Below are positions 46,969 to 60,400 of a DNA stretch of 64,000 nt, in pieces. This DNA comes from Azolla caroliniana (lineage: Eukaryota > Plantae > Polypodiophyta): contig JBHGNT010000005.1 of the NCBI GenBank assembly GCA_043228905.1, forward strand, positions 15,252,001 to 15,316,000, in the 5' to 3' direction. A program made the position numbers and the translations under genes. Below the pieces are notes generated by a model, which was not told the DNA's origin, searched no databases, and saw only the letters and a list, made by a program, of their open reading frames with translations. Positions within the stretch are counted from its first letter, which is position 1. The number at the start of each line of letters is the position of its first letter.

Positions 46969-49900
46969 TGGGGTCTAGCCCAAACGGCGACATTCGGCAG
47001 ATGCCGATATTACGTGCTCTTCATCGACGACTTTTCTAGGCACACTTGGATCTATCCGGTGCGGCAAAAGAGCGAAGTGTTCGGACACTTCCAAAAGTTC
47101 AAGAATGAAGTCGAGAAAGCCACAGGCCGACATGTACGTTGCCTTCGATCGGATGGCGGCAAGGAGTACTTCTCGGATGATTTCACGACGTATCTCCGAA
47201 AGGAAGGAATTCGGCGAGAATTCACTTGCCGACACACTCCGCAACAAAACGGAGTAGCGGAGCGCAAAAATCGACACATCCTCGAAGTAGCGCGGGCCAT
47301 GATGAACGAGAAGCATATGCCCAAGTCATATTGGGCCAAAGCGGCAAATACAGCCGTCTACCTAATGAACCGGTGCACAACATCCGGCGTGCACGAGGTT
47401 ACTCCGCACGAAAGATTCTTCGGAAAGAAGCCGAACCTATCACATGTTCGGATATTCGGCTCTATTGCATACGTGCACATCCCCGACGAGAAGCGTCAAA
47501 AGCTCAATCCGAAGTCGGAGAAATGTATCCTCGTAGGATACTCTCTGGAGCAAAAGGGGTACAAGTGCTACAACCCCTCAACTCAAAAATCTCGGGTAAG
47601 TCGAGACGTCATCTTTGACGAGTCCGCATCCTGGTACACACCAGAGACAACTCCAACTCTGGCTCCGCTCGACCCGGAATCTGCCGACCAAGAGATCGGG
47701 GATGAAGATTGCCCTACGCGCATGATTGAAGAAAGTCCGATCACGAACTGACTGAGCGGACCACAAGAGCCTTTGAGCAATCAAAGCACATCACGGCCTA
47801 GCCCGAAGATGGACAAAGGCAAGGCGAAAATGGCAGAATATGAAGACGATCGCTTCGACGATGATGAATCGACTCACTCACTCGACAGTGAGTTCGGCGG
47901 CTTTGAGGTACCAATCAGAGCTAAGAAAGCCCTCATCTCAGCAAATGAAAAGTTGCGTCGCTCCACCCGTGAAAAGAATCCCGTAAGCCGATTCGGCTAC
48001 AACAATTATATGGCGTACCATTACGCCTTTATGATGAAGGTAGCGACAGTAGGAGAGCCGGAAACCTTTTCGGAAGCCGCAAAGGACCTGCGATGGATCG
48101 AAGCAATGAACGAGGAGATGCATGCACTACGGAAGAACGAGACGTGGGATCTCGTTCCCACCTCACCACACAAAAAGGCGATCGGATGCAGATGGATCTA
48201 CATGGTGAAGTATAACGCCGGTGGCTCCGTAAACCGCAACAAAGCTCGACTCGTAGCGAAAGGATACGCTCAGACGCATGGCGTCGACTACGAAGAGACC
48301 TTTGCCCCGGTGGCAAAGATGACAACGGTGCAGACCGTAATTGCGCTTGCTACGGCGAAAGGGTGGCACCTCCATCAAATGGACGTCGAGAACGCCTTTC
48401 TACAAGGCGAATTAGAAGAGGAGGTGTACATGATCCAACCACCTGGCTTCAACTCGAGCACTCATCCAAAAGCCATATGCCGACTCAAGAAGCCACTCTA
48501 CGGCCTCAAGCAAGCACCGCGTGCTTGGCATTTGAAGATAACGCAATATCTTCATCAAATCGGCTTCCGTATGTCAAAATCGGACAACTCCCTCTACATA
48601 CGAAGTGATTCCACAAGTCCGATCGTCATCATTTTATATGTGGATGACCTAGTCATTGGAGGTGAGCATATCGTCGAAATCAATAAGGTCAAATCCCTCT
48701 TTTCCGACAAGTTCGAGATGGCGGACATGAAGGAGCTCCACTACTTCCTTGGCATCGAGGTAATTCGAACTCCGGCCAGAATCATGATCTCTCAACGGCA
48801 CTACATCCTCAACTTGTTATACAAGTTCGGGATGGCTAAGTGCAAATCTGTGGCAACCCCGCTCGATCGTAATCTCAAACTAGATGCGAACTCCGGCACC
48901 AAAGCGTGTGAGCCGACTCAGTATCGGCAACTCATTGGGAGTCTCATCTACCTCACGATCACACGACCCGATCTCAGTTATCCGGTCGGTCTCCTTAGCC
49001 AATTCATGCAAACACCGTGTGATACTCACTTGGATTGCACTAAGCGAGTTCTACGATACGTGAGCGGCACAATGGATTGCGGCATCCTCTACAAGACCGA
49101 AATGCCAATACGACTCGAGGGGTACACAAATGCCGATTGGGCCGGCTACAAAGTTGATAGAAGATCAACCTCCAGATTTGTTTTCTCCCTCGGCAGCGGA
49201 GCAATATCCTGGAGTAGCAAGACGCAGCCCACCGTCGCTCTTTCGAGTACGGAGGCGGAATATAGGGGCGTAGCCGTAGCTGCATGTGAAGTTGTATGGC
49301 TCAAGAGGATTTTGAAGGATCTGGGCGTACCCATCAGGGATCCAACTTCCCTTTACTGCGACAACATGAGCAGTATCTATCTGGCTCGGAACCCAATGTT
49401 CTACGCGCGGACAAAGCACATTGAAGTGCACTATCACTTCATCCGAGAGCGCTTTCTAGCTGGCGATGTCGACCTACTACACATTAGCGCCAATCTTCAA
49501 ACGGCCGACATCTTCACAAAAGCCTTAGGAGCCGACAAGCTATGGCAATTCATGACCGATCTCAGATTGATGATCCCTGACCTGCCAAGCTTGAGGGGGA
49601 GTATTGAAGATACTACGCAATAACACGTAGATTCCGCAACCACGCAACAAAGCTGCGAAGAAAGACGGAAGCCGAAGCACTGACTTTGTAACTACGCACA
49701 ACGCAAGCTGGAGCGCGGATTCCGCAACTCTGCATACATGCGAGTCGACACAAGACGACGCAGACTCCAGAACGCGAGTTGAAGCGGATTTCGGATACCG
49801 TCTAAAACCGACCCGACTTGAGCTTGAGGGGGCGTGTTGAGAATCAAGCTCAACTTGGTCTAGTGTGTGAACTCACCTTGAGAGTGAAGAGACACTCCAA

Positions 49901-50126
49901 CGGTCAAGAGTCACCATTATGTCACCACTTTGTATTCTAGCATTTAGTATGAGTCATAGAATCATATTCTATGACACATAACTTATGAGCTTTCACATTC
50001 CCCATGCTCCATGAGCCTTGTAGTTAAGGAAGAGAGAGGGTGACTACATAAAGCACCCTCCTCCCATCTTGTATAATGTTGAGTCTTTCTCCTTTGTCAA
50101 TATACTTTTACCTTGCGTATTCCTTG

Positions 50127-50194
<68 letters not shown>

Positions 50195-50927
50195 CACAGC
50201 TATTCCGCTTCACAAGAATCCATCTCTTGATTCTTTACATGTTCTTTTGTCCAACTCTCGGTCTAACGGGTCATCTATGAGTTGACTCACGATGCATGGA
50301 GTCTAGTTTAGTCGACTCCCTTGCCTTAGGCGTATCCACCTCTCTAGCTGGACAAGTTTGCTATCGGCAGACTCTTAGTCGATTGGCACCTATCAATCAG
50401 ACTCCACGTGTAATGTTTGAATTCCGATTTGGACAAGCCAGTTATCATCTAGTTGTTCAGTCGATCAACTTCGGCCAATCAGGCTGGTTCTCCATTCCAT
50501 TCGGAGGGACTGGATTCTCAACACTTACCACTACCAAAGGAAGAGAGCTCAAAAGCGGAAGGATACGATGGTACTCAACTTAGAGGCCTTGATAAGTACG
50601 AGAACATTAAAGTGCAAGTCGGGATCGAAGAGAAGCTAACAACAAAGCCGGAATGGAGACAAATGGTGGTTGAGGAGGAAGTCACCTCCCAATAAATGCA
50701 GACTAGTGATGTGGCCGATAAGAAGGCCCAAGCTCGGTATGATGGTACCACAAGATAAAGTGTTGAACAAGCCACCTTTTGACTTGTACAGAAACGATGG
50801 TCAAGGGAAAGGACGAAGACTCAAGAGTGGGATGTGTTACTTCAAGCGTGCACGATTGTTTCAGAACACACGTTATGTCCAAAACATCAAGCGATGAAAT
50901 CCATTGATATACTTCCCCACTTGTTAT

Positions 50928-51657
50928 TGTTAGGGTTTTGTCCCTCCTAATGAGAGAAGTCGGCAATCGAATTCAGGATGGTAGATCAAATCAACCAAAG
51001 AGTCGATTTGGTAGTCGACTATAAAGAGGAATAATCCGATTAAAGGAAATGGAGAGTCGACAGTGGTAGTTAAATGTATTGGATGGATGATCCAACTGAA
51101 AGACTACGCTGACTAGTTGGGCTGACCGGATGGTCGATGACAAAGTCTACCAGTCAGACTGATTGGATAGTTAACATAGGAGTCAACTAGTTGAATCAAT
51201 TGGACTGTCAACCTATGGGTGGAACAATCGAGTCAACCAATTGGCTGATTAACTACTATTATTATAATATTATAATAACTTATTTCTTATATATAAATAT
51301 GTGGAGCTAGACTTTATGTAGGAGTTGTAAAATTGTGCAAAACAGTGGAGTGCTGGAAGAGAGTAACAATGAGAAGGAAGGAAACAAGAGAGAAGTGAGT
51401 GTAAGGCATAGTTAGTGGAACTTGCCAAAACCCTAAGTGGGGATTCTCTTATCTACAGAGATTTGTTATTTGTGTCTCTTGTACTTCTGTCTATAGTGAA
51501 AATCTGTTGCCCCGTGGTTTTCCCTATTTTACGATTTGCACGTAAAAGTTGTGTACTGTATATTTTGTTTTCTATTTGTATATTTCAATCTATCTTTCTC
51601 ATAAATCTATGGTCCTAATCTCAACAAACTGGCATCAAAGCTTGAGGTGCAAGATGG
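50928..51657 (+). mobile_element. Copia family-A-like 5' LTR (50928-51626) with PBS and gag start, cut by a Gypsy LTR
   Basis: TGTTAGGG...CTCAACA, then TGGCATCAAAGC and TTGAGGTGCAAG-ATG, the same leader as at 2248-2262 (-). Confidence 0.75.
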
Positions 51658-54404
51658 TGTTGCTCCCTCTTGGAGAACACCCCGATTACTCCTCTTCAGT
51701 AATCGGATCAAGGAAAAGTGGTGCGTAAGAGACTTGTGACCCGAGCACTGATCGGATCGTTTACGAGAAGTTGAGATAGACACTCTGCAGAATCGGCTAC
51801 AACCGATTCATACTTACGCCTTACAAGATCGAACTTAGGTAGATAAAAACAGATAAACTTGAGACAAACATAGAGATTAACCACACAATATATATTTATA
51901 TTTGATTGCCGTAGCATACGCTACAAATAAAGGGACCGAGTAGAATCAGTAAACACTCACTCATTCTTCTAGTTTACACCTAGGCTTAACCTACTCTTAT
52001 CGATTCTTCTATTCTATATTTTCTGTCTCCCTTCTGTGTTCGTCACTTCTCGATAAATATAGCTTCCTTTCCGCTCGGCGCTTTCCCACCCGCTCCTTGT
52101 TATTTTGCTTCCTCCTTCGGCTGTTAGTGCTCCACTTCTTTTGATACTTTCACACTTGTCCCTTATGTCCCACCGGGTAATACCTAGGATGCCCGTAGTA
52201 CAGTGCCTTGCATGTGGAACCCCGAAAATTGATGAGAAATCGAAGGTCCGAAAAAAATCGAAAAAAATTCTATTATACAGTATTCTTCCTCCAAAATCAG
52301 CAAAATGCCTACCACCTACTCTGAGTCATTAGGTTTGTCGATGAATTCGGTCCAGAGATCGGGCCTGTGATCTGGCTTTATCGTCATGGGTTGCCCTTCT
52401 TTGTGTGGTGCCTCATCTTGTGTGGCTTGCCAATTATCCACCTCCTTAGGCTCCTGGTCTTGATCTTGCTCTTGCTCTTGCTCCTACTCTTAGCGCATCA
52501 GATCCTCATTTTTCGGCTCTTGTGTTGCAGTTTCGGGGAAGATTTCCTATGTTCCTTACATCGAGACCACTCTATCCTTCTCGGTCTAGAGTCGCTCGTG
52601 TTCATATCCATCCATTTCAATGGCGAGTAGGAGTTGATCGTCGGTGAATTCCTCAAGGAGGGTCCCAATCGCCATGGTGTGTGTTTGTGCCAGAGTGTGG
52701 AACTCCTCGATGAGGTCCTCCCGAAGCACTTGAATGCTACTCTTGTCCATTTTAAAAAACCGGCGGCCCTCCTTCCGATTCTCTACATCTGCTCGGAATA
52801 TTTGTAATTCAGCCGGTTGGGCCGACCAGTCGTTCCATCCCCGAGCCAGTGCCTCCTCGACCTTTTGGTTCAGTTTCGTATGATGTTTCACCATTAAAGC
52901 CTTGACTCGTTCTTCACCCATCTCATATTTGACACAAAGTGTTTTCAATTCCTAGAGTGTTTTCAATTCCCCGGCTACGGTCATGACGTTGAGTTTGAGC
53001 TTGGCTTTAGTGAGTTTGAGCGAGGTGACCATCGCATCAAATTTCTTTTGGAAGAATATTTGTGGATAATCTAGGCCTTCTCCTCTTCCACCTCCTGCTT
53101 GCATTTCTCCAGGTTTTGTTGTTTTGTTGTCTGAAGCTCGTGGAGAGCATCCTGCAATGCATTCTTTTTGTTCTCTATCTTGAATAGCAACTGTTTTTGT
53201 CGACCGAAGTCTCACTTCATTTCCGTGTGCTCGTTTTGGAGATTTAGGAGTTCGTCATTCTTGATATTGAGCGCCCACTGGCAGCCTTCTTCTATTTTCT
53301 CCATTTCGACAGTAGATGCTTCATTGGTAGCCTGAAAAGTTGTCGCGACCTTTGCTTCCATTTCTTGGAGCTTGGCAGTCAATTCATCATTGGCATCCTG
53401 AAGAGTTGTCGTGGCCTTCGCTTCCATATTTGGGACAGCGTGATTAAATTCCGACGTCATGGAATCAAGCTTTTGCTGTAATTCGGCTTCTCCCTTTTGT
53501 GCCTGCTTGTGGATGCGGTCGATTTCCTCCTTGGCCTCCTAGTAGCATTGTTTCGCCTTCTCAAAAATCGCCTTCTAGGCTTCTAAGTCTTCTGCGAAGT
53601 TTGGTGGTGGAGTCGATGCCGTGGTGGTGGGGAGACGTGTGTCGGGGTGATGTCTGTAGTCGGGGGGCGAAGTTCCTCTACCTGGTTGCCATCCGCTAGA
53701 TCGAGGTTGGGAGCCGTGAGGGTGAGAATATCGGCTTGACCGATGCTTCCTAATTCTTGAAGCTTCCGTTCAAGCTCGGCCACTCAGGCTTCGGAAGCCT
53801 ACTAGAGCTCCGTGCCCTTTTTTGTTTGTTTGCGCGCCTATTTAGTGCTTGAAGCCATATCATTGGCCGCATGGGTCTTTTTTTCCAATTCATGGTAGAC
53901 TTCTACCAGGGCCGTGTTTAACTCAGGTAGCTCGATGAGGAGGTGGTTGCTCCGCTTTTGTCATTTTCGGCCGATTTTTTGTAGAGCCGCCTCTTCTTCT
54001 TATTCGAGCTCTCTTGCGATAGCCCTCTGAACCATCGCCCTGTCCGCATGTTCTTTGGCCATGTGTGCCATGGCTGCTACCTGTAGTCAAGCAACGAAGT
54101 CGATGAGTTCGTGAGAAGTGTCGTGTTACAAAATGGCACCAAGCTCAAAAGCCTCGGCTGGTAGGTCTGGAAAGGTCAGCATGGCATCTTTCGAGATCTT
54201 GGAGGCCTGACCCTTCTCGAGATTCCTCGGCAAAGATAGAGCCGTGTCTAGGGTGATGCCTACAGTCTTGTCGGCGGTGACAAGTCATTTTCTTTGTCGT
54301 TGCTGCACCATTGCAACCAATGACACTTTTTGGATGGGATCTGTTGAGTGGCCAACTTCTATTAGGCTCGGGGTCCTCTCTCGGCCTTTTCGTTCGATCA
54401 TTAG
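51658..54404 (-). mobile_element. 3' end of a divergent Gypsy related to 31744-41289: decayed accessory coiled-coil ORF and 3' LTR (51658-52182)
   Basis: ORF pieces 52586-53783; protein similarity to 40187-40520; pre-LTR motif matches 40817-40856; LTR start TATTACCCGG versus TGTTACCGG. Confidence 0.78.
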
Positions 54405-57400
54405 TGTTAGAGCTAACTAATAAGGTAAGCATATGATAAGGATAATATAGATAGAAAAATAAGAGAGGAGAGAGAAAGAAGGGTGTCGATCCACCTGACC
54501 ATCCCCGAGTGAAGGGATCGAGATGGACTCAAGCCTCGATCGGCGTCCCATACCATCGTCGTGGTGTCGAGTTGTACTTGGTACTGGTGCGCTCGCTACA
54601 AGAGATGGATCCACCACAAGGACAGAGTCTCGATGTCGTCAAGAGATGATCAAATGAGGGTAGCTAGGCCCCTCATATTTATAACTAGACTAAAAGCCCT
54701 CAGGCAAGTTCACACTTAGCCTAAATGGGTTGTCCCAATCCCAAGGATTAAAAGTAAGCATTCCCTTCGTTACACTCTCGTTTAACCCTCACACTTTATC
54801 CATGTGTATAGAATACTACGGTGAAACTTACCACAGGATATTATATTGTCATGCCCGTAACATACTCCCCTCGTTAAAACATTGCACTCTTGCAATGGAA
54901 AGTTATGGAAGTTAGTTCTAAGAGTATTTTTGCGTTCCCATGTGGCGTCTTTGATAGACTTATCCATCCATTTAATTTTAAATTCTCGCGTTATTTTAGA
55001 ACATAAATGTTTTATTTTAACATCGAGAATTCTTTCTCATATATGTGGTTCAGAAGATAATTCTTCAAAAGTAACTAGAGTTTTAGTTGTAACTGTATTG
55101 TCGCCAGAACAAAGAAGTTCTTTCAGATGACTTACATGAAAAATTGGATGGATTTCAACGCATCTGGAAGAGCAAGACGATAGGCTGATGAACCAATGCG
55201 TTTGAGGATTGTAAAAGGTCCACAAAACTGTGGGGCTAACTTAGCGTTGTTGTGCCTTTTGACGCCGGATCGTTGCGTAAGTCAGGTGGGAACCGCCGGG
55301 GTTTTGGACTAGGAGGAGGAAGAATTTGAAAAAGAGTTTAGTTATGAATATGAATCGATTATAAGAAAGAGATATAAAAACCTTGTGAATCCCACGAGTA
55401 TAGTTTATTTCATGAATCCAACGAATATAATTTATTAATTGGTGTTTTTAGAAATATATCCAATTTCCAAATATTCCACACACTAATTACATTGTCCTCC
55501 CCATCCTTATATAGTGATGAGAGAGTTTTAGCAATCCATGTTTTTTCTCTAACATGCTTCTTCTAAAAGTGATCATGCTTTTTCTAACCTCATGCGTTTT
55601 TATCGACTATAGTGTTCATGCACGCTAGATATGCATGTGTAGCTTTTTTCTATCATTCGTTTTTCTTCTAACTAAAGCTTTTTCCTAGAAAATATGCGTG
55701 TTTTAGCAATCCATGTTTTTTCTCTAACATGCTTCTTCTAAAAGTGATCATGCTTTTTCTAACCTCATGCGTTTTTATCGACTATAGTGTTCATGCACGC
55801 TAGATATGCATGTGTAGCTTTTTTCTATCATTCGTTTTTCTTCTAACTAAAGCTTTTTCCTAGAAAATATGCGTGAAGAAAACCTTTCTATGTGAGATAT
55901 CTGATTTTTTAATACTTATGATGTGTTAGTGTAATGGTAAGGCTTTACATTATTAACATGGAGGTACACGGTTCCAATCTTGCCTTATGCATGTAATATA
56001 TATTTTGATATTTCTTTCTTTTTCGTCATATTTATTCAATCGGTTATTTTATACATTTTTCACGTAGTGTACGAAATACACTACGACACTCGCCCCCTCC
56101 GAACCTGCACATCCTCTGGTATGTGCCGAAATTGTTGGAGCTCGTTATTCTCCATCTGTAATATCATCTGTTTGTCCCGCTATGTCGACTTTGTCTCTCC
56201 ATTTTGAGCACATCCATTCTTTCCACCCGAACCATTGTTGCCATCCAATCCACCATATTATTTGTTCTCTATCGTCATACAATCTCGCGTTAGTCTTTAC
56301 GTTCTTCCCGTTAGAGCCTCCCTTCTTTGTTGAGATCTCATCATTAGTAACACCCTTCAAATCCGCTTGGCCCTTCTCATCCATGGTAGTGTCTTTTCTT
56401 GGCCTCTTTCTTGTCTTCATCAACCTTGACTTTTTTCCAGATCGGTCTCGTCTAATCGGCTTTCGGTTGGATCGGTTTCCGATCAGATTCGTATTCGACT
56501 GAATCGGACTCGGTTGATTGTTTTCGACTGAATTGGCCCCCTTCCGGATCGGGTTCAATCGATCAGTTTCGGTCTGCGTTAGCTTTCTTTTCCTCATGTT
56601 CACCGGATTCAACTAGTTTGATTTCCAATTGGACTGGATTAACTTCTATCCGGATCAGTCTCGTTCGATCGGCTTCCGGCTGGAACGATTTCTGTCCGGG
56701 TCGGGCTCGACCGATCGGATTTCGGCCAAATCCACTTCTGCTTGGTTCGGCTTTCGTTTAGATGGGAACTTTGGACAGATCATCTTCCTTCCGAACTGGC
56801 TTCTGACTTTACCTTCCTTGCCCCCATCTCCCGTCTCTCCAGTCTCACGTTGGTTCTCGGACACAACCGCCGAAGTCTCTAGAGTTAGTGAGCAGGAATC
56901 GTCGGTATTATCGTCCTCCGTCGTTTCACCCATAACCACCTTCTCGGCTATCTCTCTGTTGTATGCATCGGCTTCGACCTTCGTTTTCTCTTTGTCACCT
57001 TCGGTCTCTTCGGTGTCACGTTGCTTTTCAAACTCAACCGCCGAAATCTCTGGAATTAGTGTTGGAAGAGTTTTTCCTCGGCCATCCACCATTGACTCGT
57101 TCATAGCCACCTCCGATTCGATCTCATCTTTCGTGGCTACCTCCTCAATCACGTCCGCCTCGCACTCTTTATCTCCCTTGATCATGCAAGCATCGATTAT
57201 GCTTACCCCTTTCTCTCTCGATGTTTCGGACATTCGTATCCCGAAACCTTCTTCCACCCTTGATGTGGTGTTCATCACTCTCAAGTCATCGGTCTTATCC
57301 TTAGCCATCATTCTTTCACAAGACAAATGGATGCCTTGTTCTATACCCTCTCCCATGGTACTGACCTATCGTACTTCAGCCTTCGTCTTGGACACATCAT

Positions 57401-60400
57401 TCATCCTCAATCGATCATCCCTTATAAGCCATGTTGTTGCCGGCGAGATTCTCGTCTTCCTCTTATCATGTCTTCTGCATTCTCTTTCGACTTTAGCCCA
57501 ATCCTCGGTAAGGCCATTTGCACCGCCATCATCTTCGAGTTCGATCCCGATGTCCTTCCTTTCTTTCTGATCGATCGATCTTACGAACATTAGGACTTTC
57601 TCCTCCCCCACCAATCTTTGATCCCACTTCGAGAGTCGAGCAAAACGATGCTTGAACTCTAGGAATGCTTGTGTTACGCTTCGGTGGGTCTTCTCTGATG
57701 CCACCCATTCGTCGAACTCCCACCGATCTCGTCCCTTCGGTCTCTCCTAATCATATGCTTCCAATATAGCTTTCTCAAAGGACACCCACATTGGTTTTTG
57801 TTGTCGTATATTGTAGATGCTCTCTTGCAACTCGTCTGTGGCCACCCGACTGAAGGATATCATTTGCAATCCTTCTGGTATCCCACATCGCACCATCTCC
57901 GCCTTGTATTCACATAGATAGCGTGACGCATCCTTTCCATTGAATTGTCCGTTTCGTTGTACAAGCCGCTAAAACTGTTGCTGTGATCTCCAACATCGCT
58001 CGTTGTTCTTATCGCATCTGCTCGAACATCATCATCATCGTTTTCATCGCCTCTTGTTGATTCTCCATCTCCTTGCCACCCATCTTCACGTCAGGTTCAC
58101 CAAACTTGTGTCGTGCCTTTCGGCGCTGGATCGTTGCGTGAGTCGGGTGGGAACCATCGGGGTTTTGGACTAGGAGGAGGAAGAATTTGAGACAAGTTTA
58201 GTTATGAATATGAATCGATTATAAGAAAGAGATATAAAAACCTCGTGAATCCCATGAGTATAGTTTATTTCGTGAATCTCACAAATATAATTTATTAATA
58301 GGTATTTTTAGAAATATATCCAATTTTCAAATTTTCCACACACTAATTACATTGTGCTCCCCATCCTTATATAGTGATGAGAGAGTTTTAGCAATACATG
58401 CTTTTTCTCTAACTATAGACTATATGCTTTCTCTAACATGCTTCTTCTAAAAGTGATCATGCTTTTTCTAACCTCATGCGTTTTTATCGACTATAGTGTT
58501 CATGCACTCTAGATGTGCATGTGTAGCTTTTTTCTATCATGCGTTTTTCTTCTAACTAAAGCTTTTTCCTAGAAAATATGCGTGAAGAAAACCTTTCTAT
58601 GTGGGATATCTGCTTTTCTAACACTTATGATGTGTTAGTGTAATGGTAAGGCTTTACATTATTAACATGGAGGTGCAAGGTTTGAATCTTGCGCTATGCA
58701 TGTAATATATATTTTGATATTCTTTTTCTTCATATTTATTCAATCTGTTATTTTATACGTTTTTCACGTAGTGTACGAAATACACTACGACAACGCACTT
58801 ACCCATAGACAATGTCTTAGAATTGTGAGGTACACGTAAAAATACCTTTTGTCCAAGGTTGAATACGGGAGGTTACCTATTATGATCGGCACAAAAATGT
58901 GCTCTATCTTGAGCTATTTTTATATTATCTCATGAAATATGCAATATATCTTGCATATCCTGAGAAACTTTTGTGTACTTCGCAAATCATCATGATGTAT
59001 ATTAACATCAATCGGGGCTCGTGACTGAAACCCAAACATCAACATAGAAGGACTATATCCCATCAACGTATGCTTGGACCTATTATAAACAAACTCCAAA
59101 ATTGGGAGATAACGTTCCCATTTTTTGGTTTTTCACCAACGTATGCTCAAAGCATGTCCTCAATAATTTGATTTACTTGTTATATCTGTCCATCGGATTG
59201 AGGATGACTGTGGAGCTCATGCTCAATGTAGTTTCTAACTTTGGATTTCGATCACTCACGATATCCATCGGCAACCCATAAAAACAAAATAACATATCAA
59301 CGAATTCGTAAGCCAATTCAAGAGATGTTACCATGGTTTTTATGGCAATGAACCTAGCCATTTTAGTTAGTCGATCAACCATAACCCAGCTGGCATCATG
59401 ACCTTTTTGGGTGGGAGGAAGGCTAACAATAAAATCCATGGATATGCTTTCCCACTTATTATTAGGAATGTCCAAGGGATGTAAAAGTTCAGCGGCTTTA
59501 AGTCACTCGGCTTTGTTAACATAACACTGGTGACATTTAGTCACATAGCTATGTATGTCAGGACACATCTCAGGCCAATATAATTGAGTGGAGATGAGAA
59601 CAAGTGTACAATGTACTCCAGGGTGCCTTGTTGAGGGTGCATCATGGCATTAAAAAAGAAGTCTCTTTTTTTATCTCAAGCAAATCTAGAACACAAACCT
59701 TCCCATTACGGTAGAGCAGACCGTTAGAAATGTGGAAGGGTTCCTTCGAGGTTGTGGTGATGTCTGTTCTAGACTCAACTCTTGTCTAGTATTTTGCAAA
59801 ATAATTATCATCAGGATACTTTCCTCGAAGGTGATCATAAAGATCTGATGTTATTTTAGTGAAGCTAAGCGTGTTAACTTCACGGATGTGACTCAGTGCA
59901 TTAGTGACATTGTTGATGGAACCTTTAACATATCGTATGGAAAAATCAAAGTCCTGGATGAAATCTGCCCATCGTGCCTTACAACCTTTGAGGTCTTGTT
60001 GGTCACACAAATATTTCAAAGGGTCATGGTCCGTAGTTACCACAAAATGATTTCCATAAAGATAATGTCGTCATGATTTTAGCGTGCCATGAATAATTGC
60101 AAAAAATTCCTTTTCTTGAACAGTATACCGACATTGAGTAGAATGAAGTTTCTTACTCTCGAATGCTATTGGTTTACCATCTTGATATAAGAAAACACCT
60201 ATAGCATAATAGCATGCATCGATTTCAACTTGAAAAGGTTTTGAAGAATCTGGTAAAAGAAGCGAAGGAGCCTTGCACATCATGTCCTTGAGTTCCTTAA
60301 AGGCGAGGTCTAGTGTAACATTCCATACAATAGGTTTTGTAGACTTACGCGTTTGACCTTTTAGAAGATCAATAAACAATGTCGTCAATGGGGAATAATT

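Larger units (their letters stand above)
41582..49623 (+). pseudogene. gag-pol: Copia B gag-pol, interrupted at 43252-46968
   Basis: Gag 41582-42223; protease WFVDSGASNHM; integrase IHSDVWG|...LRSDGGKEY...PQQNGVAERKNR; RT ILYVDDL; RNase H (47773-49623). Confidence 0.93.
31495..50239 (+). mobile_element. Full-length Ty1/Copia element, family B, TSD TGTTC, carrying two nested elements
   Basis: 5' LTR 31495-31743 plus 41295-41418; PBS TGGTATCAGAGC at 41419; PPT before the 3' LTR 49835-50239; exact TSD at 31490-31494 and 50240-50244. Confidence 0.96.

Noticed and set aside
56629-57570. 313-aa Ser-rich ORF
   Set aside because: Antisense shadow of the acidic gag extension.
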